In this document: positions 10,723 to 21,826 of the stretch, one piece after another
How the letters are laid out: the number at the start of each line of letters is the position of its first letter
Position numbering within the stretch: position 1 is the stretch's first letter
Assembly: GCA_965277715.1 (NCBI GenBank)
Contig: OZ255836.1
Span: 2,720,001 to 2,784,000 of the forward strand
Source: Gammaproteobacteria bacterium
GTDB lineage: Bacteria; Pseudomonadota; Gammaproteobacteria; JBCCGL01
Length of the DNA: 64,000 nucleotides
Direction of reading: 5' to 3'
The notes under the pieces: generated by a model
What the model was told of the DNA's origin: nothing
Database searches by the model: none
Seen by the model: only the letters and a program-made list of their open reading frames with translations
Program-made: the position numbers and the translations under genes

Positions 10723-11741
10723 TGCTCCACCCCTGATGATCCCATCGTCATTGACATTACCGCCATGCGCACAGCGATGCCGTAGGTAACCTGTTGGAGA
10801 ATTACCGATTGTGGCCCATCGGCAACACTGGCCTCAATTTCGATGCCGCGATTGGTCGGGCCGGGGTGCATGACAATCGCCTCCGGGTGGGCTTGTTGCA
10901 ACCGGGCGGGTGTCAGCCCGTATTTGTCGAAATACTCGTTGGCACTGGGCAGAAACGCGCCGTGCATTCGCTCGCGCTGCAAACGCATCATAATCACCAC
11001 ATCGACATCTTTTAGCCCCTGATCGAGCGCGGTGTAAACGCGCACGCCCAACTGCTCGACATCGGCGGGTAATAGAGTGCGCGGGGCGACGACGCGCACC
11101 TCGCCGGTATTCAATGTATTGAGTGCGTGGATTTGCGAGCGAAAAACCCGCGAGTGCAGCAAATCACCGACAATGGCGACCCGCAGCGATTCAAAGCGCC
11201 CCTTTTCACGGCGGATAGTAAACATATCCAGCATCGCCTGGGTAGGGTGTGCGTGTTGCCCGTCGCCCGCGTTGACAATGCTGATATGCGGCTCGACGTT
11301 GCGGGCAATAAAGTGCGCCGCCCCCGATTCGGCGTGGCGCACCACAAACATATCGCAGTGCATTGCCTGTAGATTGTGCAAGGTATCGAGTAGCGACTCC
11401 CCCTTTGCGGTGGCCGATGTGGCGATATTGATATTGAGCACATCGGCGGACAAACGCTTGGCCGCCAGCTCAAAGGTGGTGCGCGTGCGTGTGCTGTTTT
11501 CAAAAAACAGATTGGCTACTGTCCTGCCACGCAGCAGGGGCACCTTGCGCAGCTCGCGCTCATTAACACTGACAAAGTGCTCGGCGTTGTCGAGAATCGA
11601 CGTCAGCATGGCGCGGTTGAGCCCTTCGATGGTGAGAAAGTGCTTCAGCCTGCCATTGGCATCCAACTGGATAGTGTGTGGTACAGGCCCGGCGGGTGGG
11701 CGTGAGATGTTGTCGCCCCTCATTTCTGGCCCCTCATACAT
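10719..11741 (-). CDS. pyrB: Aspartate carbamoyltransferase catalytic subunit
   Basis: [26 protein letters not shown]. Confidence 0.96.
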   Translation of the reverse strand: MYEGPEMRGDNISRPPAGPVPHTIQLDANGRLKHFLTIEGLNRAMLTSILDNAEHFVSVNERELRKVPLLRGRTVANLFFENSTRTRTTFELAAKRLSADVLNINIATSATAKGESLLDTLHNLQAMHCDMFVVRHAESGAAHFIARNVEPHISIVNAGDGQHAHPTQAMLDMFTIRREKGRFESLRVAIVGDLLHSRVFRSQIHALNTLNTGEVRVVAPRTLLPADVEQLGVRVYTALDQGLKDVDVVIMMRLQRERMHGAFLPSANEYFDKYGLTPARLQQAHPEAIVMHPGPTNRGIEIEASVADGPQSVILQQVTYGIAVRMAVMSMTMGSSGVEQ

Positions 11742-12270
11742 CGGCCTGCTGGTGGGTTTCGCTGCTTACATGGCGCTGCAACGATAAATGCTGTGGGTGC
11801 AGTTTGACCTGTTCGCTCGGTTTTAACGCCAGGGTATGCCCCTTCACATCGGCGCGGATAGGTAACTCCTGCCCCTCGCGCTCAACCAACACGGCGAGGA
11901 TAACGCGTGCGGGCCTGCCGTAATCAAAAATTTCATTGAGAGCAGCGCGTACCGTGCGCCCGCTGTAGAGCACATCGTCGACCAGAATCACTGTGCGGTT
12001 TTCAATCGAAAAAGGCAGCGCGCTGGGCATTACCTGGGGGTGTAGGCCTATCTGGCTAAAATCATCCCGGTAGAAAGAAATGTTGAGTGTGCCCAAGGGT
12101 GAGGGCAGCGCGAGTTGCCGGTGTAATTGTTTGGCGATGCGCACACCGCCAGACTGGATGCCGATCAGCACAACCTCATCCACTGGGGTTTGTTGGATCA
12201 ACGCGCCCAATTCCCCGGCCATATTATCCAGCCAGCGGCTTACGGTTGTTGTGTCAGCTTTCTCCATCAA
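11734..12270 (-). CDS. pyrR: PyrR / uracil phosphoribosyltransferase
   Basis: [31 protein letters not shown]. Confidence 0.95.
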   Translation of the reverse strand: MMEKADTTTVSRWLDNMAGELGALIQQTPVDEVVLIGIQSGGVRIAKQLHRQLALPSPLGTLNISFYRDDFSQIGLHPQVMPSALPFSIENRTVILVDDVLYSGRTVRAALNEIFDYGRPARVILAVLVEREGQELPIRADVKGHTLALKPSEQVKLHPQHLSLQRHVSSETHQQADV

Positions 12271-12697
12271 AGGCCTCTAACCAATAGTGCAGAATCAAAG
12301 CGGCGGCTATTCTATCGTCATCGCCTTTGCGCGTCTTGCTGCGCGTACCGTTTTGCCGTGCGGATTTTATCAGATCGTTAGCCTCGCGGCTGCTCAAACG
12401 CTCATCGCAATGATGCACCGGTAGGTTAAAGCGGCCATTGAGCTGGCGTGCAAAACGCCGGGCTTTATCGGTGATGCGCGTTGCTGAGCCATCCATATGT
12501 ACGGGGATACCGACGACAAGCCCATGTGGCTGCCACTCGGCTATTAAGCGGGCGATGTGTGGCCAGTCGGGCTTATTATTAACGGCCCGCAGCGTTTCCA
12601 GCGGTGTCGCCGAACGGGTAAGCAACTGACCGACGGCGACACCTATACGCTGCTCGCCATAATCAAACCCCAGGTAGTTTTTGCTGCTGTTTGTCAC
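12254..12697 (-). CDS. yqgF: YqgF/RuvX pre-16S rRNA nuclease
   Basis: LGFDYGEQRIGVAVG and DERLSS; upstream of pyrR. Confidence 0.93.
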   Translation of the reverse strand: MTNSSKNYLGFDYGEQRIGVAVGQLLTRSATPLETLRAVNNKPDWPHIARLIAEWQPHGLVVGIPVHMDGSATRITDKARRFARQLNGRFNLPVHHCDERLSSREANDLIKSARQNGTRSKTRKGDDDRIAAALILHYWLEAFDGES

Positions 12698-13029
12698 TCA
12701 GGCGCGCTTTAATCCCCAATACCCAAGTTGGGCGGGGTTATAAAAATGGCAAAATTCGGGTGCTGTATGGGTCATTGGCAGGGTGTGTGATATACCACTG
12801 ATTAGTTACATCATTAGTGTACCTTTGTAACGCATTATTTTCTTCTGGTATACCGATGAATATTCCTCTCACCCAAGACCTATGAAATCAGTTGGCAGCG
12901 GTGAAAATACACAATCAGGGTTTTGATATGCGCTCTATATTGCACGGAGGCTTTCGCCCATTGCTGATAACGCGGACAAATTTTCTCTTCAGCCTGATGA
13001 TCCGTGAGCGCTTGTGAAAACTAAAACGT

Positions 13030-13041
13030 GCAATCGATTGC
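13030..13041. promoter_or_regulatory. LacI-family-like palindromic operator candidate
   Basis: Perfect palindrome GCAATCGATTGC with central CG, upstream of the urate operon. Confidence 0.35.
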
Positions 13042-13125
13042 TCGACTTTGTCATTTCAACCGCGATTTAATACGTCTGCAACGCGTTGAGGGGAAGACAG
13101 GAAGGTGGTGAACAACAACCAAAAC

Positions 13126-13141
13126 TTGACCGAGTGGTCAG
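13126..13141. promoter_or_regulatory. RutR-like (TetR family) operator
   Basis: TTGACCGAGTGGTCAG differs at two positions from the RutR consensus TTGACCAnnTGGTCAA; about 20 bp before uraD. Confidence 0.6.
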
Positions 13142-13160
13142 GATCGTGGAGCATTACCCC

Positions 13161-13679
13161 ATGCAGGAGAAAATCCCCCTTACAACATTCAACAACCTTC
13201 CCGATGGGGCGGCGGCAACCGCCTTATTACAATGTTGTAGCGCGCAACGCTGGGTAGAACGCATGTTAATGGCGCGCCCATTTGCCGACGAACAACACCT
13301 TATCCGGCAGGCATCCCACTGCTGGCAGTCGCTGCAAGAACCGGATTACCTGCAGGCTTTTGCAGGCCACCCCAAAATTGGCGATATCCACTCACTGCGT
13401 GAAAAATACGCCAGTACCAAGGTACTGGCGAGTGGTGAGCAGGCAGGCGTCGGTGGTGCCGACGAGAGTATGTTGGAAAGGCTGAGCCAGGGTAACCGTG
13501 ACTATGAAGAAAAATTTGGGTTTATTTTTATTGTATGTGCCACCGGTAAAAGTGCCGGTGAAATGCTGGCACTATTAGAGACACGCCTGCCCAACACACG
13601 TGACGAGGAGATAAATAATGCCTGTAACGAACAAGAAAAAATCACCGCGATTCGTTTGCACAAGCTGTTTTCGGTCTAA
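13161..13679 (+). CDS. uraD: OHCU decarboxylase
   Basis: AFAGHPKIG, YEEKFGFIFIVCATGKS, EQEKITAIRL; ATG at 13161 preferred. Confidence 0.92.
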   Translation: MQEKIPLTTFNNLPDGAAATALLQCCSAQRWVERMLMARPFADEQHLIRQASHCWQSLQEPDYLQAFAGHPKIGDIHSLREKYASTKVLASGEQAGVGGADESMLERLSQGNRDYEEKFGFIFIVCATGKSAGEMLALLETRLPNTRDEEINNACNEQEKITAIRLHKLFSV

Positions 13680-13685
13680 CCACTG

Positions 13686-14870
13686 ATGGAAAGTCATATT
13701 ATCGAATGGCTGAACCTGCTGGTGCGCTGGGTGCATTTTATCGTCGGTGTAGCCTGGATTGGCGCTTCGTTTTATTTTAACTGGCTGGAAAACCAGCTCG
13801 ACAGGCGCGAGCCCCAGGCAGCGGGAATCGCGGGTAATTTATGGGCGGTACACGGCGGTGGTTTTTACCACTTACAAAAATTCCAGGTGGCGCCGGATAA
13901 ACTGCCCGAACGATTGCATTGGTTTAAATGGGAGGCGTATATGACCTGGGTCAGCGGTATGTGCCTGCTGACGATAGTGTATTACTTTAATGCCCGCGCC
14001 TATTTAATCGAGCCTGCACTGGCCGACCTCACCCCATTGACTGCCAGTGCGATTGGCCTGGCGGCAATTGTGGCCTCTTGGTTTATCTATGATTTATTGT
14101 GTAAATCACCGCTGCGCCACCGACCAATGTTGTTGGCAGGTGTGTTGTTTTTGTATTTGCTGGCGCTGGCCATTGGTTTAAGCCTGGTATTTAGCGGGCG
14201 TGGTGCGTATATCCACGTCGGGGCGGCGATTGGTACGATTATGGTCGCCAATGTGTTTTTTGTCATTATTCCGGCGCAGCGTGAGCTGGTGGCGGCGCTG
14301 GTGGAAAATCGCGCCCCCGATACACAGCCCGGCAAAAACGGCTTGCTGCGTTCGCGACACAATAATTACCTGACCCTGCCGGTGCTGTTTATTATGATTA
14401 GCAGCCACTTTCCGTCGACATATGGCCACGCATTCAATTGGTTTGTGTTGGCGGTGGTATCGCTGGTGGGGGTGGCTGTGCGCCACTATTTTAATATTCG
14501 CCACACACCCGATAAAAAGGTATGGATTTTACCGGTATCGCTTTTTGTGATTGTGTTGATTGTCGCTTATACCGCGCCCCAATCGGCCTTTGAATCGCTG
14601 GGGAGCAGTCGTGTGAGTACAGCGGATATCCGCCCGATTATTCAACAGCGGTGCAGTGTCTGCCACTCGGCAAACCCAAGTCAGCCGGGGTTTTCCAGTG
14701 CACCAGCGGGCTTGTCATTCGATGCTGACAATACGCTGGAGGCGAACGCGCAGCGCGTATTTAGCGCCACCGTCAGTACCCACATAATGCCGCCCGGCAA
14801 TCTTACCGGTATGAGCGAGGCAGAGCGCCAGCAGCTCGCCCAATGGTTTGCCGCGCTGCAACAACAATAA
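13686..14870 (+). CDS. puuD: Urate hydroxylase PuuD (membrane domain plus cytochrome c)
   Basis: RWVHFIVGVAWIGASFYF, LWAVHGGGFY, RSRHNNYLTLP and C-terminal CSVCH. Confidence 0.93.
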   Translation: MESHIIEWLNLLVRWVHFIVGVAWIGASFYFNWLENQLDRREPQAAGIAGNLWAVHGGGFYHLQKFQVAPDKLPERLHWFKWEAYMTWVSGMCLLTIVYYFNARAYLIEPALADLTPLTASAIGLAAIVASWFIYDLLCKSPLRHRPMLLAGVLFLYLLALAIGLSLVFSGRGAYIHVGAAIGTIMVANVFFVIIPAQRELVAALVENRAPDTQPGKNGLLRSRHNNYLTLPVLFIMISSHFPSTYGHAFNWFVLAVVSLVGVAVRHYFNIRHTPDKKVWILPVSLFVIVLIVAYTAPQSAFESLGSSRVSTADIRPIIQQRCSVCHSANPSQPGFSSAPAGLSFDADNTLEANAQRVFSATVSTHIMPPGNLTGMSEAERQQLAQWFAALQQQ

Positions 14871-14922
14871 GCCACCGGGATAAGTCGATACACACACGGC
14901 CAAACCTACCCATGAAGAGACA

Positions 14923-15921
14923 ATGTCTATGTTAGAAACCCTGCAAAACCAATGGATCAACCTCGCTTCAACCAAACTGGGCGCGCAGGCGCTGACGGCC
15001 AGCGATGATTTTTTTGCGCCCAAAGAGCGTATGCTCGACGATGCTGAGCCGGTGTTTATCGCAGATAAATACGATGACAACGGTAAATGGATGGATGGGT
15101 GGGAGTCCCGCCGCAAACGCGGTGAAGGTTACGATCACTGCATTGTGCAGTTGTGTCGGGCTGGCGTGATTTACGGCGTCGATATCGACACCCGTCACTT
15201 CACCGGCAACTACGCCCCCTCTGCATCCATCGACGCCTGCTACTCGCCTCAGACCGCGCCGGATACGCACACCGAGTGGTGTGAAATCGTCGCGGCGATG
15301 CCCTTACAGGGGGATAGCCACCACCCCGTCGCTATCGAAAACACCCGTGCCTTTACCCATGTGCGCCTGAATATTTACCCGGACGGGGGCGTTGCGCGTT
15401 TGCGGGTTTACGGCTGCCCTGAATACGACTGGGCGGGGCACGATAACACCAACACAGTCGATCTCGCCTCAATGCTGTTGGGCGCCCGTGCAGTGACCTG
15501 CAACAACGCACATTTTGGCCAGGCGCAAAACCTGCTGATGCCGGGGCGGGGCGTGAATATGGGAGATGGCTGGGAGACGCGTCGACGGCGTGAGCCTGGC
15601 CATGACTGGGCGATTATCGCACTCGCCCACGCGGGCACAATTGCCCGGGTGGAGATCGACACCGCGCACTTCAAAGGCAATTTTCCACACCAGTGCAGCA
15701 TACAGGGCGCGTATATGCCACACGCCGACGAACATACACTGGCGCCACAAAGCCTGTTCTGGCGGGAACTGTTGTCCGTACAAATGATGCAGATGGACCA
15801 TATCCACCACTACCAGAATGAAGTGCAGGATATTGGCCCGATCACCCATGCGCGGCTGAATATCTTCCCCGATGGTGGGGTGAGCCGTCTGCGTTTACAC
15901 GGCACAGTTTTTTCCGGTTAA
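14923..15921 (+). CDS. alc: Allantoicase
   Basis: Two repeats carrying DGWE(S/T)RR and NI(Y/F)PDGGV(A/S)RLR. Confidence 0.95.
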   Translation: MSMLETLQNQWINLASTKLGAQALTASDDFFAPKERMLDDAEPVFIADKYDDNGKWMDGWESRRKRGEGYDHCIVQLCRAGVIYGVDIDTRHFTGNYAPSASIDACYSPQTAPDTHTEWCEIVAAMPLQGDSHHPVAIENTRAFTHVRLNIYPDGGVARLRVYGCPEYDWAGHDNTNTVDLASMLLGARAVTCNNAHFGQAQNLLMPGRGVNMGDGWETRRRREPGHDWAIIALAHAGTIARVEIDTAHFKGNFPHQCSIQGAYMPHADEHTLAPQSLFWRELLSVQMMQMDHIHHYQNEVQDIGPITHARLNIFPDGGVSRLRLHGTVFSG

Positions 15922-15938
15922 TCGCGGAGAGTCATTGC

Positions 15939-16430
15939 ATGCGCAATTTAACCCCACAACCTCTCACACAGGCGGCATTTGCCCCTTACGGTGAAGTGAT
16001 CGATGTGCGCAGCGCCCGCCAAATCCCGATCAATTATGGTTTGACCACACGCTTTAATGACCTGGCGAGCATTGATACCGGCGATGAAAATGGCCGCACA
16101 ATCGTCAATGTATTTCGCTCCAGGCCGGTGGCTTTACCCCATACTGTAAAAATAATGGAGCGTCACCCGTTGGGCAGCCAGGCTTTTATGTCCCTGTCGA
16201 ACCGGCCATTTTTGGTGCTGGTCGCGCCGCCGGGTGAAACGGTGTGTGCAGATGATTTGCAGTTGTTTATTACCGATGGTCAGCAGGGGGTTAATTTTTA
16301 TAAAAATACCTGGCACCACTATCAATTAGTGCTGGGTGAGCAAACGGATTTTATCGTTATTGACCGGGGGGGGCCTGGTGAGAATTTGGTTGAAGTGAAT
16401 TTGCAGGGCGAGGCGCAGGTTTTGTGCTAA
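15939..16430 (+). CDS. allA: Ureidoglycolate lyase
   Basis: AFAPYGEVI, MERHPLGSQAF, NTWHH. Confidence 0.93.
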   Translation: MRNLTPQPLTQAAFAPYGEVIDVRSARQIPINYGLTTRFNDLASIDTGDENGRTIVNVFRSRPVALPHTVKIMERHPLGSQAFMSLSNRPFLVLVAPPGETVCADDLQLFITDGQQGVNFYKNTWHHYQLVLGEQTDFIVIDRGGPGENLVEVNLQGEAQVLC

Positions 16431-16741
16431 TGCGTATCCGCACCAGGCCCCATGTATTGACTTGTGTGTAAGTTAATACATATAAAGAAGGTCTACAGCT
16501 GGCAGTGGTAACCTTCGATCACAGTGTCCACGCAGATCTTTACGAGCATGCAGACTTATCCCTGGATATCAAACTAGATAAGTTCTATCAGGAGCCTGCC
16601 GGATTCAGGAATAAACTTAGGTTTCTTTTACAGAACAAATCGCGAGGATAAGCCCAAAAAAACCACCACACCCCCATTGCCGCCAAGCGCCCATTAGTGC
16701 ATCTTAGCCATTATAAACAACCCGCTTAACGAACATTACCC

Positions 16742-18100
16742 ATGAACACCTCCCAAACCAAAACCCCACCCAATCGACACTGCTTCAACGGCTACCAACA
16801 GACTACGTCCCCACAGCCGGACGCCATACTCACCCGCGTTGGCCCCAATACCCCCTGCGGTGAGTACCTGCGCCGTTACTGGCACCCCGTGGCTATTGCT
16901 GCCGATATAGGCGAGCAACCGAAATTGATTAAAGCACTCGGTGAGGAACTGGTGTTGTTTCGCGATAAAAGCGGGCAGATCGGCCTGGTACACAAGCACT
17001 GCCCACACCGCCGTGCATCATTGGAGTACGGTCACTGTGAACAACACGGTATTCGCTGTTGCTACCACGGCTGGCTATTTGATATCGACGGCACCATCCT
17101 GGAAATACCCAGCGAGCCGCCTGGGTTGAAGTTGGTTGAACGGGTACAGCAAACCGTGCGGCTGGGCGCCTATCCAACCCACGAGTTTCGCGGGCTGGTG
17201 TTTGCCTATCTCGGCCCACCGCAGGCACAGCCCGCTTTTCCACACTACGATGCCTACGATACAGCCGATATCACAATGTCGCCGTACCAGGCGCCATTCA
17301 ACTGCAATTGGCTGCAAGTGCTGGACGCCATCGTCGATCCGGCACACACGGCTTTTTTACACCACGATCAATTCACCGATGGATTTGGCGTGCTCGGCGA
17401 AATGGAGTTTTACCAGCGCGATGGGCAGCGCTACCTTGGTTCAGCCACGCGCCGTGTCGGTGATAATGTATGGGTGCGCGTCAACGAATTGATTCTGCCG
17501 AATTTCACCCAGTCGGGCGCCGCGTTTGCCACCGATGGCAGTAAAACCAAATTTTTTGGCCGCAGCGCTTTCACCCGCTGGGTGACACCACTGGACGATG
17601 AACACTGTGTCGCCTTCGCCTGGGGCAACTTTGGCGAGCGCGGTGACCCGCACCAATACAATACACCCGAGGGCATGCAATTGATTGAGCAGGGCGCCCC
17701 GGTCAACCGCCATTACGCGGAGGCGCAGCGCAACCCCGGCGATGTCGAGGCCGTTGAGGGAATGGGGCCAATCACCGATCACAGCGGCGAGCATTTGCTG
17801 ACAAGCGACCGGGGAATTGCGCTCTACCGCAAGCGGCTGCGCGAATTGTGCGCCGCCCTTGAACGTGGCGAGGCACCGCCCCAACCCGCCGACTTGTCCC
17901 CGGATGCAATACCCACCCACGGCAGCGATACGGTATTGCACAGCCCCTATAACGATGAATCTGACGGCGAAAAGCTGCGCCAGATTAACGATGACGTGAT
18001 GGCGGCAATATTCTCTGGCGACACACTGCGAGGTGAAGCGCGGGATACCGCGATCATTGAGCAACTTGCCGCCCTCAATAACAAATGGTCAACGGTGTAG
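16742..18100 (+). CDS. Rieske oxygenase alpha subunit (phthalate 4,5-dioxygenase/LigX-like)
   Basis: RVGPNTPCGEYLRRYWHP, CPHR...CCYHGW, DPAHTAFLH, EHLLTSD. Confidence 0.88.
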   Translation: MNTSQTKTPPNRHCFNGYQQTTSPQPDAILTRVGPNTPCGEYLRRYWHPVAIAADIGEQPKLIKALGEELVLFRDKSGQIGLVHKHCPHRRASLEYGHCEQHGIRCCYHGWLFDIDGTILEIPSEPPGLKLVERVQQTVRLGAYPTHEFRGLVFAYLGPPQAQPAFPHYDAYDTADITMSPYQAPFNCNWLQVLDAIVDPAHTAFLHHDQFTDGFGVLGEMEFYQRDGQRYLGSATRRVGDNVWVRVNELILPNFTQSGAAFATDGSKTKFFGRSAFTRWVTPLDDEHCVAFAWGNFGERGDPHQYNTPEGMQLIEQGAPVNRHYAEAQRNPGDVEAVEGMGPITDHSGEHLLTSDRGIALYRKRLRELCAALERGEAPPQPADLSPDAIPTHGSDTVLHSPYNDESDGEKLRQINDDVMAAIFSGDTLRGEARDTAIIEQLAALNNKWSTV

Positions 18101-18104
18101 CCCT

Positions 18105-19133
18105 ATGAGCGACGACACTAAAATTCGCGTGCATATAAAAAGCAACCGCCACGCGCCAGATACCTTTCCCAACACACCAGAGGGCGAGGCGGTTTTTACC
18201 ATTACCCCGGAACGCTATGCCACAGCGGCAAGCCACTACCCGGATGTCGCCAGGCACCTCGATGTATTTATCGACATGGACACCGACCACTGGGAAACCT
18301 CAATGCAAACCGCCGAGGTGCTGGTGTGCTGGAACCTGCCAACGGACAACCTCGCGGCAGTCGCGCCAAAACTCAAATGGATTCACATTATCGGTGCCGG
18401 TGTCGAACACCTCAACCCGATGAGCTGGCTACCAGCGGAGGTACAACTGGTTAACAACAAAGGGGTTCACGCCGCCAAGGCCGGGGAGTTCGGCGCGATG
18501 AGTTTGTTAATGCTGCACAGCCATATGCCAGCGATTGTCACTAATCAGCGCAGCGCCACCTATGCCTCGCTGTATTCAACACCTATTGCCGGGAAGACCG
18601 TTGCCGTGGTCGGTGTGGGCAGCATTGGCAAGGCGGTGGCAGCACAGGCTAAACGGCTTGGCCTGCATGTGCTGGGTGTCAGCCGTCATGGCAAGCCTGT
18701 GGCAGCGGTGGATGAGATGTACCCACAAACGCAGATCGACGCGGTGTTGCCACGCGCCGATTATGTATTTGTCGCGACCCCACTGACCACCGAAACACGC
18801 AATTTGTTCGACCGCCGCCGACTCGACTTGCTCAAGCCGGGTGCAGGCGTTGTCAATATTGGCCGCGCCGGGGTCATGGATTACCAGGCGCTAAGTGAAA
18901 AACTCATCGACGGCAGTATTGGTGGTGCGATACTGGACGTTTTCGATCCCGAGCCGCTGCCCGCCGACTCGCCCTATTGGCAGGTGCCTAATCTGATTGT
19001 CTGCCCGCATATCTCCGCTGATGATGGCAACGCCTATGTGCCGGACACATTGGACTTGTTTTTCAGAAATATGCAGTGTTACCTGTCGGGTGCGCCTCTA
19101 CTTAACCCGGTACGCCCTGCGCTGGGTTATTAA
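18105..19133 (+). CDS. D-2-hydroxyacid dehydrogenase family protein
   Basis: GVGSIG, NIGR, LDVFDPEPLP, CPHIS; ATG at 18105. Confidence 0.88.
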   Translation: MSDDTKIRVHIKSNRHAPDTFPNTPEGEAVFTITPERYATAASHYPDVARHLDVFIDMDTDHWETSMQTAEVLVCWNLPTDNLAAVAPKLKWIHIIGAGVEHLNPMSWLPAEVQLVNNKGVHAAKAGEFGAMSLLMLHSHMPAIVTNQRSATYASLYSTPIAGKTVAVVGVGSIGKAVAAQAKRLGLHVLGVSRHGKPVAAVDEMYPQTQIDAVLPRADYVFVATPLTTETRNLFDRRRLDLLKPGAGVVNIGRAGVMDYQALSEKLIDGSIGGAILDVFDPEPLPADSPYWQVPNLIVCPHISADDGNAYVPDTLDLFFRNMQCYLSGAPLLNPVRPALGY

Positions 19134-19452
19134 TGCATTTCCCGGGGGCTACGCAGAAAATTTTGTGGCGCACTGGCCATAAAGCTGGCGCAGTGAAACC
19201 CACGGGCACATGGGTATCCGTGTGTCAATAACCCATTCGCTGGCGGTTTTCCCCGGCTGGCATAAAGAAATTCCCGATACCATCATTTCAGGTAATAAGG
19301 CAGGTAATAAGGCTGTCACCCGCCACTTGTCATCGGGTACGCAGTGCGGCAAAAGTACACGTTCATTGTTTCTCATCTTTAGTCACACTACACTGCAATG
19401 GCCAGGCACAATTGGCTTTGGCTTTCTTAAATAAAATAATGAGGATATCGCT

Positions 19453-20382
19453 ATGAAAAACTGGCAACTCTCTGCTATCAGCAGTGTTGCAACGGTGGGC
19501 ATATTGCTCGGCGTGGTCACTCAGGCAAGTGGTACAGGCCTGACATCGTGGATGTCAGGAAAGAACCACAATCGCCTGATTCAAGTTCAAAACGAGGGCG
19601 GAATACAGGCAGATACCGGTGAGGTTGATGTCGCCTACTACTCCAACTCATCGTTCAGTATCACTTCGCCTAAAGGTATTTCGATTTTATTTGACCCCTG
19701 GCGCAACGACCCTTCCGGCGCATGGGGTTTGTGGTATCGGGTTGATTTCCCCAAGGCAGAAGTCGATATTGGTGTCTCATCCCACGCCCACTTCGACCAC
19801 GATGCACTCGATAAAATCGATGCCAATATGCTGCTCGACCGCATGTCGGGTAGATTTGAATTGGGCGATATCAAGATCTACGGTATCGTCGATAAACACC
19901 AGTGTGTCGCCCCCGGTATTGTGCCCTGGACAGAGGCCGTCAAGCAATTTGAAGGCCGCGAGCAAATCTGCGCACCCACCAACGCCCGCCATATGGACAA
20001 CACCCTCTACATCGTTGAAACCGGCGGTATGCGCTTTTTGATGTGGGGTGACAATCGCCCGGAACCGCCTCAGGAAGTGTGGGATAAAATTGGTAAGGTC
20101 GATGTAGTATTTGTGCCGGTAGATGGTTCAAAACATATTCTGGACTACCAGCAAGCCGATTCTGTCGTGGCTAAATCGGGTGCCAGCATTGCCATTCCCC
20201 ATCACTATCTGGTGCCGGAGACCACTTTCTACACCTCGACACTGCAACCGGCGACCGAATGGGTAAAAACGCACGATCACACCCTGCTGGATTCACCGTC
20301 TGTCACAATTAAGCAGGCAGACCTCGAAGGTAAGTCAGGGCATGTGTATTACTTTGGCTCCAACAACAAAGTGAAAATGTAG
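19453..20382 (+). CDS. Exported MBL-fold metallo-hydrolase
   Basis: Signal peptide, LFDPW, SHAHFDHD, IPHHY; GAGGA RBS. Confidence 0.82.
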   Translation: MKNWQLSAISSVATVGILLGVVTQASGTGLTSWMSGKNHNRLIQVQNEGGIQADTGEVDVAYYSNSSFSITSPKGISILFDPWRNDPSGAWGLWYRVDFPKAEVDIGVSSHAHFDHDALDKIDANMLLDRMSGRFELGDIKIYGIVDKHQCVAPGIVPWTEAVKQFEGREQICAPTNARHMDNTLYIVETGGMRFLMWGDNRPEPPQEVWDKIGKVDVVFVPVDGSKHILDYQQADSVVAKSGASIAIPHHYLVPETTFYTSTLQPATEWVKTHDHTLLDSPSVTIKQADLEGKSGHVYYFGSNNKVKM

Positions 20383-20391
20383 TATTCACCA

Positions 20392-20419
20392 GCGGGTGGT
20401 GGGGCATACCATCACCCGC
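20392..20419 (+). terminator. Intergenic hairpin after the MBL gene
   Basis: GCGGGTGGTGG / CCATCACCCGC stem with no U-tract, so it may be a stabilising hairpin rather than a terminator. Confidence 0.4.
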
Positions 20420-20441
20420 ACTCACTGAGGGCGTCGGCAAT

Positions 20442-21719
20442 ATGCAACGACAAAGCGCCTGGCTGCTGCGCACCCTAATACCGCTAGTATCATTGCTGGG
20501 CCTGTTATTGAGTCACAGCGCCAGCGCTCACTTTAATCTCAGCGTCAATATTCGCATAGTACATGTCGAGCACCTGCGCGATGGTATACGTGTTTATTTT
20601 CGTGTGCCAACCCCCTACCTGCTGGCAGATCGCTTGGGTGCACCGGATGCCGATGGCAACCGTGAAGCCGCACCTTACACATACAACCGCATCGAGAAGG
20701 GTGAGCTAATGCACTACATCGATTTCGATGCACTGCGCCTCGATCCGCTGGGTTTAGGCCATTTACTTGAGCGAGGCCATCACTTTACCGTCGACGAACA
20801 GCCGCTGGTGGGCACCGTTGAAGCTGTGCGGCTTTATACCGCTAAACAACAACCGGCCTTTGCAACACTCGACGAGGCACGCGCCGCCTTCGAGCGCCCG
20901 CCTGCACAGGCCGATGGCACAGACGTTTTTGTTGGCGATACTGTTAGTGACGTCATCATCCACTACGGTAGCGACGATACCGTTTATCAATACAGCGTAT
21001 CGAGCAGTCTCGATCCGGGGCTGAAAGATCAGGAGAAAACCGCCAACCTGATACTCGACCACTTTCCAGGGGGCACACGGGTGTACCGTGCCACCGGCCT
21101 GCTTGCCGAAGCCATCACCGTTAGCCGTTCAGCGTGGTTAGCCGCCTGGACATTTGTCACCGAGGGCGCCCGCCATATCCTTGAAGGCTACGACCATGTG
21201 TTATTTGTTATTTGCCTGATTATCGGTGCCACCACCAGCGCCGGGTTACTGTGGCGGGTAACCGGCTTTACACTCGGCCATAGTATCACCCTGGCAATGG
21301 GGTTTTTTGGCTGGGTGCCAGCCGCTGCATGGTTTATTCCCGCCATTGAAACGGGTATCGCCTTATCAATTATTTACGCCGCCGCAATGGCGTTGGCACA
21401 GCGTGAAGGCAACTCATCGTTTGCAGTAACAACCGCCATTGGTCTACTACACGGTTTGGGGTTTTCTTTTTTACTGCGTGAAATTCTACAAATAAATGCG
21501 CCTAATTTATGGCACAGCTTACTGGCGTTTAATATTGGCGTGGAAATGGGGCAGTTGGCTATTGTCATGCTGATCTGGCCACTGGTTTATTGTGTACAGA
21601 GATACTGGCAGCGTTATATGGTGCCATTGCGCTGGTTAATTGCCTTTCCCTGTATTGCTGTGGCAGGATTGTGGGTGGGAGAGCGAACGGTGCTGTTTTT
21701 TGATGCGGTTTACGGTTGA
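20442..21719 (+). CDS. HupE/UreJ-family membrane protein with a long periplasmic N-terminal domain
   Basis: GARHILEGYDHVLFV, GFTLGHSITL, GLLHGLGFS, FNIGVEMGQ; signal peptide ending ASA-H. Confidence 0.85.
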   Translation: MQRQSAWLLRTLIPLVSLLGLLLSHSASAHFNLSVNIRIVHVEHLRDGIRVYFRVPTPYLLADRLGAPDADGNREAAPYTYNRIEKGELMHYIDFDALRLDPLGLGHLLERGHHFTVDEQPLVGTVEAVRLYTAKQQPAFATLDEARAAFERPPAQADGTDVFVGDTVSDVIIHYGSDDTVYQYSVSSSLDPGLKDQEKTANLILDHFPGGTRVYRATGLLAEAITVSRSAWLAAWTFVTEGARHILEGYDHVLFVICLIIGATTSAGLLWRVTGFTLGHSITLAMGFFGWVPAAAWFIPAIETGIALSIIYAAAMALAQREGNSSFAVTTAIGLLHGLGFSFLLREILQINAPNLWHSLLAFNIGVEMGQLAIVMLIWPLVYCVQRYWQRYMVPLRWLIAFPCIAVAGLWVGERTVLFFDAVYG

Positions 21720-21826
21720 TCGCTTTGCATTTAGGGTATTGGAAAAACAGTAAATATTGACAGGCTCAGCGTTGCCCATAAAGACCTGACCTGACCCGAA
21801 TACGCTAACGTTGACACGAGGTAACC

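Noticed and set aside
12700-13160. Riboswitch upstream of the urate operon
   Set aside because: No aptamer consensus recognised by eye; an Rfam scan would be needed.
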